From a virus (Duplodnaviria; Caudoviricetes), in the IMG/VR virus record IMGVR_UViG_3300029288_000139, positions 19,534 through 83,533 of that record: DNA of 64,000 nucleotides; one strand, written 5' to 3'. Each line of letters opens with the position of its first letter. The stretch's first letter is position 1. Of the stretch, positions 28,398-37,631 are shown in pieces. Both the position numbers and the translations under genes were made by a program. The notes beneath the pieces are model-generated. The model worked only from the letters and a program-made list of their open reading frames with translations, made no database searches and had not been told where the DNA came from.

Positions 28398-29601
28398 TTG
28401 CCGCCCTCCCATAAACAAAATCAGCAAAAGAAGGTTTGCTGTTGATATAACCATCTAAAGCATATCTCAATCCATCAATACAATGATTATTCTTATCAAT
28501 AATGACCGGAAGGATTTCTCCTGTTTTGGAATCTTGTTTATAGGAATAGGATTTCATTTCATTCAATGTATGTTTACATCTTGGATGAATAACAATCTCT
28601 TCAAATTTCTTTAAGTAAGCAATTCCATCTTCAACACTGCCTTGCCACTTTCTTGCAGCCTCAACTCTTAATCCATGTTTTTTTCTTAAATAGGAAATTG
28701 TTTCAGGCCTGCTGTTGTCTGCTTTAATTGGCCATTTTTCTGCAGACGAAACTGAATTTTTAAATAAGGCAGGAATCTCATCAAGCTCAACTCCAATACC
28801 GTATGCCTCCCCATCAACAAACAGTTTATTATCTTGGATAAAGCATCTAATTAATGTTGTTGGATCATTACTAAATCCCCAGTCAGCTCCATGAAAGAAT
28901 CGTGCATCTTCTGGCGTCTCAAAAACATCTTCTTTAAACTTGCCTTTAAAGATTGATGCATTGGAAATTGATAATGGCTCTCCTTCCCATATATGAAGGT
29001 ATGAATCATAATCAACTCTTTTTAAATAATCTTTCTCTCTTAATAATGTTTCTGGTAAGTATGGATTGTCTAACCAGGATACTTTCTTAGTAAAGCAATT
29101 GTCGGGAGGATTTAAAACAAATCTTTGATATGTGGGATCTTTAATTTCTCCTGTATTGAATGTAATGATAATACAGCTTGCTTCTTTCCGAATGGTTGGT
29201 ATTAATATTGACCAAGATAATTCTGATGTTGATTGTGCCTCTTCCACCCAGCATATATCAACACCCTCAAGAGATTTTATTTCATTAATGTTATGTTTGA
29301 GTCCTTTGAATAAGAATTCACTACCAGAGTAACTTGTAATTGATGCTTTTGTTATATTATAATAAGATTGAAGAGAAAGGAACTCTATTTGATCACAAAG
29401 AAGTTTATAAACTGAATCTGTAATTGATGTTTGCAATTCTCTTGTGCATAATATTCTTAACTTCATATAAGAAGCTATTGCTACTAGAAATCTTGCAACT
29501 GCCCATGACTTAGCTCCTCCACGTCCACCCCAGTAAACAAGATATCTATAAGTGAATAAAGCAAGTTCTTTATATGCAGAAGGTATAGACACCTTTATCA
29601 T
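28390..29601 (-). CDS. terL: Terminase large subunit (PBSX family)
   Basis: YWGGRGGAKS, CWVEEA, GADWGFSNDPT and NHCIDGLRY motifs. Confidence 0.95.
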   Translation of the reverse strand: MIKVSIPSAYKELALFTYRYLVYWGGRGGAKSWAVARFLVAIASYMKLRILCTRELQTSITDSVYKLLCDQIEFLSLQSYYNITKASITSYSGSEFLFKGLKHNINEIKSLEGVDICWVEEAQSTSELSWSILIPTIRKEASCIIITFNTGEIKDPTYQRFVLNPPDNCFTKKVSWLDNPYLPETLLREKDYLKRVDYDSYLHIWEGEPLSISNASIFKGKFKEDVFETPEDARFFHGADWGFSNDPTTLIRCFIQDNKLFVDGEAYGIGVELDEIPALFKNSVSSAEKWPIKADNSRPETISYLRKKHGLRVEAARKWQGSVEDGIAYLKKFEEIVIHPRCKHTLNEMKSYSYKQDSKTGEILPVIIDKNNHCIDGLRYALDGYINSKPSFADFVYGRAANG

Positions 29602-29603
29602 TA

Positions 29604-30185
29604 TCAGTCTTTCTCCAATTCGGCTTTAATTCCATTCCCAAAATCAATTAAAATCTGTTGAGGCACCAAAGGACTTCCATCAACTCCTGTCACTTCCACT
29701 TTACTATTATCTCCATACTTCCTTGGCAGCAAATGAGCAGCTATCCATTTTCTTGATTCGACTCTTAATCTGCTTCTTTGGACATATTCTTGGTCAACTT
29801 TAATATATTTCTTTCCACTCTTATCTTCCAATTCCATAAAGTCATTTGTACCATCATCGGATATATCAATTATACTATCAACCAAACATTGTGCTTGTTG
29901 TTCTCTGGCTGCCATGTAGGACTTTAAAAATTCTTCCCTATACCATTTTGATCCTTTCCATAACCATCTCATAATTGTTGGGTATGTAGGGTTTCCATCT
30001 TGTTTACAAAAAGAAGTTAATGATCTTCCTAAAGACAACCATTCACAGATTTCATTCCCTAATTGTTCTGTATATGTTTGAGGTCTCCCAGGTAATCTTT
30101 CCTCTGGTTCTTTCTTGGGTCTTCCTCTAGGACGTTTTTTCAGTGTTTCTTCTTCTTCTATGAATTTGTAGGTTATCTTATTCAT
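29604..30185 (-). CDS. terS: Terminase small subunit
   Basis: AT-hook-like RGRP, ICEWLSLGRSLTSFC and RLRVESRKW...KYGD motifs. Confidence 0.85.
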   Translation of the reverse strand: MNKITYKFIEEEETLKKRPRGRPKKEPEERLPGRPQTYTEQLGNEICEWLSLGRSLTSFCKQDGNPTYPTIMRWLWKGSKWYREEFLKSYMAAREQQAQCLVDSIIDISDDGTNDFMELEDKSGKKYIKVDQEYVQRSRLRVESRKWIAAHLLPRKYGDNSKVEVTGVDGSPLVPQQILIDFGNGIKAELEKD

Positions 30186-30538
30186 GAATTCTATCTATAT
30201 TTTCCTTATTTTCCTTGAAAAAAATAAATACCTTCTATGTATATAAACGGTTTTCTTGGATGTGAAAAATTTTTTATTTTATGTATCTTTTTTCTTTTAA
30301 AAAAATGATATGTAAGTTTATAAAATCATTAATTAATCAAGTAAAAAATTCATTCGTGTTTCTCTGTCTTCATCATTAGTTCATGATCCTTCTCATTCAC
30401 CATTGTTTTATTGATCTTTTGTCAAATATTTTGAGAAAATCTTATTAAATTGAATATCTTTTTAAAACTTTTTTAAAACTATCTTGGTTTACTTAATAAT
30501 ATTAGATAGATTAATTTTTAAAAATATTTAAAAAAAGC

Positions 30539-30566
30539 TTGACTTTTTAAAAAAAGTATATATAAT
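30539..30566 (+). promoter_or_regulatory. Sigma70-type promoter for the early arm
   Basis: TTGACT, 16 nt spacer, TATAAT, with an AT-rich upstream region. Confidence 0.7.
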
Positions 30567-30569
30567 ATG

Positions 30570-30975
30570 ATCATAGGAGGAGATAACACTTAGACAGAAA
30601 CGAGAGCTTAAATACCTGAAACCGAGCTCAATTTAAAAACTCAATATCCAAACTAGAGAGCAGAAGCAAAGCCTTCATCATTTACACCAAGCGAGCTCAC
30701 GAAATGGAAATGCCTTAGAGCTGAGCTAAAAGAAAATCAACTCGAACTTATCGAAAGGAAGCAAGAGGACATCACAAGCATCCATCTGAGGGACTTTCGA
30801 TACGGATTGCGAACTTGAAAAAGCGAGTGATGATAACGCATGAACCATCAAGCGATTCTATGAAACGCATGACCATAGAGCGGCCAATAAAAAAGATTCA
30901 TCTAATTAATACTTTTAGAAAGAGAGATTATCAACTATAAACAACTTTCGACCTCCTCTCCAATCTCTCTTCCAA
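30570..30975 (+). ncRNA. Candidate structured non-coding RNA or long 5' leader
   Basis: About 400 nt with no ORF. Stems: TATCGAAAG/CTTTCGATA (30749/30794), ATCAACTCG/CGAGTGAT (30736/30824), AGAGAGATT/AATCTCTCT (30921/30962). Confidence 0.4.
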
Positions 30976-31007
30976 TAAATTACTAATTATAAAAGGAGAC
31001 TATAAAA

Positions 31008-32486
31008 ATGAAAGAACAATTTAAAGCCGCCAGGAGAGCTGCCGTACCTATTATAGCTATAGAAACGTCAGACCAACAATCAACTATCAGAAACATTTCC
31101 AGATGCAACGATAACATCCCCGTCATTCAATGGGATATTATTTCTGGACTCTCTGCACTAAACCAACTTGGAGTTGACTTAGTTAACAAAATTTGCGAAA
31201 AAGACGACCCAGCAATATCTACTGGAAACCCCGCAGAAATGTTATCTAAGATTAAAAACGTTCCCCAAAAAACAATTATCTTTATGAACAACGCACACAG
31301 ATTTATATCAAACGAAAGCGTCTCTCAAGGAATTTGCAATCTCAGAGACATTTATAAATCATCTGGATCCTCTTTGGTTCTCGTAGCCCCAGCAATTCAA
31401 CTTCCTTCAGAATTAGAACAGGATATTATGATTATCACAGACAAACTTCCCAATAACGAAGAATTAAAGAAAATCATTCTCAGCATATGCGAAGATGCTG
31501 GAATAGAAACACCAGACGAAACAACAACAAATAAGATAACAGATACTTTAATTGGATTATCTTCTTTTTGTGCTGAGCAAACCTTAGCAACATGCGTCAA
31601 AAAAATAGATAATAAAATCACTATTGATCAGAAAATGCTATGGGATCGGAAATGCAAAGCCGTAGAACAAACACCCGGACTTAGCATTTGGAAAGGAGGA
31701 GAAACTTTTGATGACATTGGAGGATGCGATAATATCAAAAACTTTACAAACGCCATCATCAAAGGAAAAGACAATCCTAGAGCCATAGTATTTATGGATG
31801 AAATTGAAAAAGCCTTTGCCGGATCATCTAATGACTCAAGCGGAGTTAGCCAAGACCAACTTGGATCGATTTTATCGTTTATGCAGGATAAAGAAGTTGA
31901 TGGAATGATTTTTATAGGACCTCCCGGAGCTGCTAAATCAGCTATAGCAAAAGCCACTGGAAACGTTGGAAATATACCAACCATATCATTTGACTTAGGA
32001 GCGATGAAAAATAGTTTGGTTGGAAAATCAGGAGAACAAACACGAAAAGCCCTTCAAGTTATTGAAGCTATTTCAAAAGGAAGAGTTTTATTCATTGCTA
32101 CCTGCAACAATATAACCACTTTACCTCCAGAACTTCGTAGACGATTCACGATGGGAACCTTCTTTTTCGATCTTCCAACAGAAAATGAAAGAAAAATGAT
32201 TTGGGAAATTTACAAACAGAAATATCAAATTTCAGACCAAGATTTACCTGATGACGAAGGATGGACTGGAGCGGAAATTAGACAATGCTCCAAATTATCT
32301 TCCAAACTAAATATCACACTAAAAGATGCTTCTAATTACATCGTACCCGTTGCTAAATCAGCCACAGACCAAATTGAATCTTTGAGAAGATTGGCATCTG
32401 GAAAATTTATCAATGCCAATGAAAAAGGAATTTATCAAATGAAGATTAATAAAACACAGACTGAAACTAGACGTCAATTTTCATAG
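31008..32486 (+). CDS. Ycf46-like AAA+ ATPase with permuted Walker order
   Basis: FDDIGG, FMDEIEK (Walker B) precedes GPPGAAKS (Walker A), then IATCN and LPPEL.RRF. Confidence 0.8.
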   Translation: MKEQFKAARRAAVPIIAIETSDQQSTIRNISRCNDNIPVIQWDIISGLSALNQLGVDLVNKICEKDDPAISTGNPAEMLSKIKNVPQKTIIFMNNAHRFISNESVSQGICNLRDIYKSSGSSLVLVAPAIQLPSELEQDIMIITDKLPNNEELKKIILSICEDAGIETPDETTTNKITDTLIGLSSFCAEQTLATCVKKIDNKITIDQKMLWDRKCKAVEQTPGLSIWKGGETFDDIGGCDNIKNFTNAIIKGKDNPRAIVFMDEIEKAFAGSSNDSSGVSQDQLGSILSFMQDKEVDGMIFIGPPGAAKSAIAKATGNVGNIPTISFDLGAMKNSLVGKSGEQTRKALQVIEAISKGRVLFIATCNNITTLPPELRRRFTMGTFFFDLPTENERKMIWEIYKQKYQISDQDLPDDEGWTGAEIRQCSKLSSKLNITLKDASNYIVPVAKSATDQIESLRRLASGKFINANEKGIYQMKINKTQTETRRQFS

Positions 32487-32497
32487 GAGGAAAAATT

Positions 32498-32803
32498 ATG
32501 CCTTGCTACACAATAACAACCGTAACATTGGAATTTAAAAATGCCAACATGGAATTACTGAAAAAAGCCATCAAAGCTTCTCTTGGAATAGACGCAGAGA
32601 TTTACAATCTCGGAGTCAAATGGAATGGAGGATATTATAACAAAATAATGGGAGAAATAACATTAAACAAAAAAACTGCGGAGGATGACATCAAACTCAT
32701 CAAAAGAGCTTACAGTGCGGAAATTGTAAAAGACCAAGCGAAAAGATTTGGATGGAACCTAAAACAAACTTCAGAATTCAAATATGAAATTTCAAAGAGG
32801 TGA
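32498..32803 (+). CDS. DUF1257-like small protein
   Basis: Follows the Ycf46-like AAA gene; LLKKAI...IKRAYS...KRFGW pattern. Confidence 0.5.
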   Translation: MPCYTITTVTLEFKNANMELLKKAIKASLGIDAEIYNLGVKWNGGYYNKIMGEITLNKKTAEDDIKLIKRAYSAEIVKDQAKRFGWNLKQTSEFKYEISKR

Positions 32804-32808
32804 TAATT

Positions 32809-33003
32809 ATGGACAAAATGGAAATTGAAATTTTGGAAGATGGAACAATTAAAACCAGCACAGACAAAATATCAATGCCTAACCACGGAGGAGCAGAGAT
32901 GCTAATCAAAGAAATGGTTAAATCAGCTGGAGGCACAGAGACGAGAATTAGGAAAGCCAATCATACTCTTCATGAGCATAATGGACATTTCCACACACAT
33001 TAA
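32809..33003 (+). CDS. DUF2997-like small protein
   Basis: IEILEDGTIK motif and His-rich tail; operon context. Confidence 0.5.
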   Translation: MDKMEIEILEDGTIKTSTDKISMPNHGGAEMLIKEMVKSAGGTETRIRKANHTLHEHNGHFHTH

Positions 33004-33036
33004 CTAATTAACCCTATAACAAAAAGGAGAAAAAAG

Positions 33037-33705
33037 ATGAACATAGAAATTAAAAACAGATTTACAAACAAGATTATTTTGTGTGGAGAATACGAATCAA
33101 TTAAGGATTGCTTGGAAAAAAATAGAGGAACAAACCTCGAAGGCGCAGACCTCAGAGGAACAAACCTCGAAGGCGCATATCTCAGAGGCGCATATCTCGA
33201 AGGCGCATACCTCGAAGGCGCATATCTCAGAGGCGCATATCTCGAAGGCGCATATCTCGAAGGCGCATATCTCAGAGGCGCATATCTCAGAGGCGCATAT
33301 CTCAGAGGCGCATATCTCGAAGGCGCATATCTCGAAGGCGCATATCTCGAAGGCGCAAATCTCAGAGGCGCATATCTCGAAGGCGCATATCTCGGAGGCG
33401 CATATCTCGAAGGCGAAAATCTCAGAGGCGCATATCTCGAAGGCGCAAAAAACATAACATTTCCAATTTTAAATATTCAAGGCACGCAACATCATCTGTT
33501 TTATATGTCCGGCAAAATCTCTATTGGTTGTGAAAATCACACCATTGATAAGTGGATTAAGGATTACAAAACCATCGGAGAAGAACATGGATATACGGAT
33601 GAACAAATCAAGGAATATTTTGGTTACATTAAAATCTGTAAAAAGTTAGCAGAGGACAACAAGAAAGAGAAAAAAGATGGACTTTTAAACAAAAAAGGAG
33701 AATGA
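33037..33705 (+). CDS. Pentapeptide repeat protein
   Basis: About 21 A(Y/N)L(E/R)G repeats; C-terminal ISIGCENH domain. Confidence 0.9.
   Translation: MNIEIKNRFTNKIILCGEYESIKDCLEKNRGTNLEGADLRGTNLEGAYLRGAYLEGAYLEGAYLRGAYLEGAYLEGAYLRGAYLRGAYLRGAYLEGAYLEGAYLEGANLRGAYLEGAYLGGAYLEGENLRGAYLEGAKNITFPILNIQGTQHHLFYMSGKISIGCENHTIDKWIKDYKTIGEEHGYTDEQIKEYFGYIKICKKLAEDNKKEKKDGLLNKKGE
33130..33447 (+). repeat. 15-bp tandem coding repeat (gcatatctc[ga/ag]aggc)
   Basis: Visible tandem array encoding the pentapeptide repeats. Confidence 0.95.
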
Positions 33706-34598
33706 AAATGAAAAAGGAAATTAAAAACACTTTGAGAGTAACAAACGCCGCAATGCTGATTTTCACCACCCACGCATGGGGAAACAGAAAGAAAGTCGAT
33801 ACCAAAAATATTGAAGCAAAAGCGGAAAAGAGCTTTTTATCCGTAAGTAAAAAATTGATCGATTCGCAGGAATACAAAGACATTCTCAACTATCAAACAG
33901 AGGTTTATGATTGGATCAACAGAAACTCTGTCCCTTCTTTCTATCTCAGAGGCTCTTATCTTTTCAGCATGAATTTTGTCGACGAAGTTGAGGAATATAT
34001 CAAATCGGCACAGGAAACACTGAAAAAGATGATTGAACCTTTAATATTAGAATATCAAAAGAAAATGGACGATGCTCAAGAAAGACTTGGAGATTTATGG
34101 AATCCAAACGATTATCCCAGCATTCAAAAACTGGAAGGTTCTTTCAGCTTCGAGAAAAGATGGGTAAAATTCGATATCCCGGAAGAATTACCTTCTGCTA
34201 TTTTTAAAGAAGAACAAATTAAAGCTGAAAATATGTGGAAAGAATCAGCAGAACAAATAAGCCTCTGTCTTCGTCAAGCCTTTGTCGAATTAATCAAACA
34301 CGCCAATGAAGTTCTTCAGCCAGATGCCAACGGAAAGACTAAAGGATTCAAAAATTCTTCTTTCGATAAAATTGACGAATTTATTGCCACATTCAAAAAC
34401 AGAAATATCGTCAACGACAAAGACCTTGAAGAATTAGTACAAAAAGCCAATAACATTTTAAAGACCGTTGACGACCCGCAAGAACTCAAGAAGGATGCCG
34501 AAATGAGAAACATCGTTAGCAACAACTTCAAGGAAATTACTGATAAATTAAATACGATGATTGAAACCAAACCATCAAGAAAATTTGACCTTGAATAA
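33702..34598 (+). CDS. DUF3150-like protein
   Basis: WGNRKK, VSKKLID, YP....L...F.F and coiled-coil C-terminus. Confidence 0.5.
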   Translation: MKMKKEIKNTLRVTNAAMLIFTTHAWGNRKKVDTKNIEAKAEKSFLSVSKKLIDSQEYKDILNYQTEVYDWINRNSVPSFYLRGSYLFSMNFVDEVEEYIKSAQETLKKMIEPLILEYQKKMDDAQERLGDLWNPNDYPSIQKLEGSFSFEKRWVKFDIPEELPSAIFKEEQIKAENMWKESAEQISLCLRQAFVELIKHANEVLQPDANGKTKGFKNSSFDKIDEFIATFKNRNIVNDKDLEELVQKANNILKTVDDPQELKKDAEMRNIVSNNFKEITDKLNTMIETKPSRKFDLE

Positions 34599-34603
34599 AT
34601 AAA

Positions 34604-34630
34604 CGTCCTGAGTATGACGAAAAACTGCTC
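34604..34630 (+). promoter_or_regulatory. Compact H-type pseudoknot candidate
   Basis: CGTC-ctGAGTAt-GACG-aaaaac-TGCTC: stem CGTC/GACG, loop GAGUA pairs with UGCUC. Confidence 0.45.
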
Positions 34631-34648
34631 AAAAAGAAAGGAGAATTT

Positions 34649-34789
34649 ATGAACAGGCGAAAAAACAAATTTGATAAATTTATTGATATCATAAACGCAA
34701 ATCCAGAAAAAAATCTTACAACAATTGTTTGTATTTTTGGAATCTCTTTTGCTTTAATTATAATGATTTTATCAACAATATACTTTTAA
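34649..34789 (+). CDS. Small membrane protein (46 aa)
   Basis: AAGGAG RBS; C-terminal hydrophobic helix. Manual translation. Confidence 0.55.
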   Translation: MNRRKNKFDKFIDIINANPEKNLTTIVCIFGISFALIIMILSTIYF

Positions 34790-34805
34790 TAAGGAGAAAA
34801 CAAAC

Positions 34806-34997
34806 ATGAAAACAAAAAAAGTAGTACAGGGTTCATACATATCTATTGAGGCAAAACGTCTTTTATTTCAAGAGGCTTTAAGACAGGATAAAAAAATAGC
34901 AACTTTGACATCCGAAATTTTAGAAAAAGAGGCAAAAAAGATACAGAGAAAAGAATTCTATAAAGGAGAAACAATCGATGAAAGTAAACAAATTTGA
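34806..34997 (+). CDS. Ribbon-helix-helix-like DNA-binding protein
   Basis: VQGSYIS...LFQEA...IATLTSEILEK pattern. Confidence 0.45.
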   Translation: MKTKKVVQGSYISIEAKRLLFQEALRQDKKIATLTSEILEKEAKKIQRKEFYKGETIDESKQI

Positions 34998-35358
34998 CCA
35001 TCTCTGTAACAAAACCGAAGAAACACTACCCTCTGGTAACCCAATCATTATTTCTTTTCCAAATAAAACATTAATTTGGGATTATGAAAAACAGGACTGG
35101 AAGATTAAACAAAAGATAAATGGAAAGTGGATTCTTCTAAAAAAAGAAGATAAAATATCGATCCAATTAATTGAAACATGTAATATTTGTAAAGGAAGTC
35201 TCCACATAGTCAAAAAAACAAACCCTTCTCTGTTAGATATAAACATGAGAAAGACAACTATTGAAAAATTTAAAAGACAACATTATAAATGTGGAAAGAA
35301 AAAACAAAACCCACATATAGATTCAATAAAATTTATTATAGAGGAGGAAAATCCATGA
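34978..35358 (+). CDS. Hypothetical protein
   Basis: ORF with RBS; CxxC and HxxC. Confidence 0.5.
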   Translation: MKVNKFDHLCNKTEETLPSGNPIIISFPNKTLIWDYEKQDWKIKQKINGKWILLKKEDKISIQLIETCNICKGSLHIVKKTNPSLLDINMRKTTIEKFKRQHYKCGKKKQNPHIDSIKFIIEEENP

Positions 35359-35577
35359 TTAAATCAATAAAAGAAAAAGAAAACAGGCGAGATTGAAATA
35401 GATCTTACCGGACCAGAAGGAAACGCATTTTATTTATTGTCATTAGCAAAAGACCTTTCCAAACAATTAGGAAAAGATGATAAAAAGATTACAGAGGAGA
35501 TGAAATCAGGAAATTATGAAAATCTTCTCAAAGTCTTTGACCGAGAATTTGGAAACTTTGTTACATTATATCGATAA
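35355..35577 (+). pseudogene. Small phage protein interrupted by a 1-nt frame disruption
   Basis: ATG 35355 gives MIKSIKEKENRRD*; the +1 frame gives KKKKTGEIEIDLTGPEGNAF...FGNFVTLYR*. Confidence 0.6.
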
Positions 35578-35592
35578 GGAGGAAAAATAATA

Positions 35593-36018
35593 ATGAAAGG
35601 ATTAAATTGTTTTGAACAAGCGTTAATTATGATGCATAATTTTAATGACTCCGTTGACATCGACCCTTTTCAAACACTAGAAACAAATGATTTTAGGGAT
35701 ATAGAGAAAAAAATATCAATAGAACTTAATATCCAAGACCCTGAATCTATTCTAATCGAAAAAGATATGGAAAGAAATAAAGAAAAGTTATTCGATTCTC
35801 TTTCTGACGAAGCAAAAGATATTATCAAAATAATAATCGATTGTCCAGAAGAACTCAAAGAAATATGCTTTGCGGGCAAATTAGATAAAGTAAGTATCCC
35901 TAGACTTTTGAGTTTAATGAGAAAACAAAGAAAAGAAAGAAAAACTGTAAAAACTTTATTCTCTGAAGTAGTATGGTACGCCAACAAAATCAAGTTTCTT
36001 AATAAATGTGAGGTATGA
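35593..36018 (+). CDS. Hypothetical protein, possibly a regulator
   Basis: AGGAGG RBS; LSDEAKDIIKII helix. Confidence 0.45.
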   Translation: MKGLNCFEQALIMMHNFNDSVDIDPFQTLETNDFRDIEKKISIELNIQDPESILIEKDMERNKEKLFDSLSDEAKDIIKIIIDCPEELKEICFAGKLDKVSIPRLLSLMRKQRKERKTVKTLFSEVVWYANKIKFLNKCEV

Positions 36019-37451
36019 AAATGAGAATAGAAATAATAGACCCTGTCTGGAGTAGAATCATCGATAAAGAAGACATCAATAAGGCAACATCCTGTCTTTC
36101 ATATCAAAAGGAAATATGGAAACAAGGACAATATTCTAAAGAGAAGAGTAAAAACGAAGCATATATGATTAATCGTGGTAGTGGAAAATTCTTGACAGGG
36201 TTAATTCCAAGGATCGTCAAATCAAACCCAACAGAAAAAATTGAGGTCGAATACCCAGATTATTATAAATATTTTCCAGAGAAGAATGAACCTTATCTTC
36301 CTAACTTTACATTTCGTGATGACCAAATACAAACTGTCTTATCTGTTGTCAAAAATCAAAGAGGAATGATTAAAAACGCAACGGGAACAGGAAAAACTGT
36401 AATCGCTGGAGCGATATGTTCTGTTTATCCATCTTCTCACATTGTCTTTTTATGTCATACTCTTGATTTATTACAACAAGCCAAAAGGGCTTTTACAAAT
36501 CAATTCGGATTCAAAAATGTAATAACTTTAGGAGGAGGCTCAAATCAATTTGAATGGAATGACGAACCAACTATTGTTATTTCTACAGTTCAAACTTTTA
36601 GAAATTTTGATTTATTACAACATTGTGATTGGATAGATATAATCATTATAGACGAAGCCCACCATCTAACAAAAAAAAACTCAATGATTGCCGAAGTTTT
36701 AAAACAAACATTAGCTCCAATTCGAATTGGTCTTAGCGCTGAATTACCCAAAACAGATCATGGCAAATTAGTTCTCGAAGGCTACTTAGGTCCCATAATT
36801 GGAGAATTCACATACCAAGATGGAGTTAATGCAGGAGTATTGGCTATACCATTAATCAATTTAATTCCTGTCCCATATTCTGAAGACATTGGGGATGTTA
36901 ATCACTATAACAACCGTACGGAACAAGGGAGAATTATCAAAGGAATGTACTCCAAAGGGATAATAGAAAATAAAGCTCGCAACAGACTTGCCTTATTAGA
37001 AGCGTCTCAAAGTATGAAAAAAGGAGAATCTGTCTTAATTCTAACAGGAAGGGATACTCAACATGGACATATATTATCTAAAATGGCACGAGATATTTTT
37101 GATTTGGATATTCAATTCGTATATGGAGATACAGAAAAGCAATCAAGGCAAATAGCTCAAGATATGTTGGAAAACAAAACCATAAAATGTATCATATCAA
37201 ATGTAGTTTGGAAAGAAGGAATTAATATTAAAAGTCTCAATCATGTTATAAACGTTGGAGGGGAAAAATATCCAATTCAAATAATTGGTAGAGGGAGTAG
37301 AACTACAGATAACAAAAAGACAGTACATATAACCGATTTCTTAGATCCATTTCGGTGGCTCAGTCATCATACAGTTTTACGATTAATTGCTTATGCTGAA
37401 AATGGTTGGTTGGATCAATATAATTTATATACCCAGATTTCTAAATTATAG
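36015..37451 (+). CDS. Superfamily II helicase (UvsW / DEAD-like)
   Basis: ATGTGKT, IIDEAHH, GLSA and QIIGRGSR motifs. Confidence 0.92.
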   Translation: MKMRIEIIDPVWSRIIDKEDINKATSCLSYQKEIWKQGQYSKEKSKNEAYMINRGSGKFLTGLIPRIVKSNPTEKIEVEYPDYYKYFPEKNEPYLPNFTFRDDQIQTVLSVVKNQRGMIKNATGTGKTVIAGAICSVYPSSHIVFLCHTLDLLQQAKRAFTNQFGFKNVITLGGGSNQFEWNDEPTIVISTVQTFRNFDLLQHCDWIDIIIIDEAHHLTKKNSMIAEVLKQTLAPIRIGLSAELPKTDHGKLVLEGYLGPIIGEFTYQDGVNAGVLAIPLINLIPVPYSEDIGDVNHYNNRTEQGRIIKGMYSKGIIENKARNRLALLEASQSMKKGESVLILTGRDTQHGHILSKMARDIFDLDIQFVYGDTEKQSRQIAQDMLENKTIKCIISNVVWKEGINIKSLNHVINVGGEKYPIQIIGRGSRTTDNKKTVHITDFLDPFRWLSHHTVLRLIAYAENGWLDQYNLYTQISKL

Positions 37452-37477
37452 TATATAATAATACAAAAGGAGATAAA

Positions 37478-37630
37478 ATGACACTTAATGAATTACTCAA
37501 AGAACATCCAGAATATGGAGATTTAGATGTAGCTATCTACAATATAATAAATGGGGATTATGATTTTTTAGGAGATGTAATTGACGTTTATACAGATGAA
37601 CAACTTTTAATATTTTCTCAAGAAATATAA
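37478..37630 (+). CDS. Small acidic protein (50 aa)
   Basis: AAGGAG RBS; manual translation MTLNELLKEHPEYGDL... Confidence 0.55.
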   Translation: MTLNELLKEHPEYGDLDVAIYNIINGDYDFLGDVIDVYTDEQLLIFSQEI

Positions 37631-37631
37631 A

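Noticed and set aside
544-30000. Numerous plus-strand ORFs of 60-140 aa opposite the structural genes
   Set aside because: Antisense shadows of long, well-supported minus-strand genes; no RBS and no motifs.
33000-33457. Alternative ORFs 33000..33455 (-) and 33083..33457 (+) with RYAPS / KAHIS repeats
   Set aside because: Shadow frames of the 15-bp pentapeptide repeat; only 33037..33705 has an RBS and a recognisable family.
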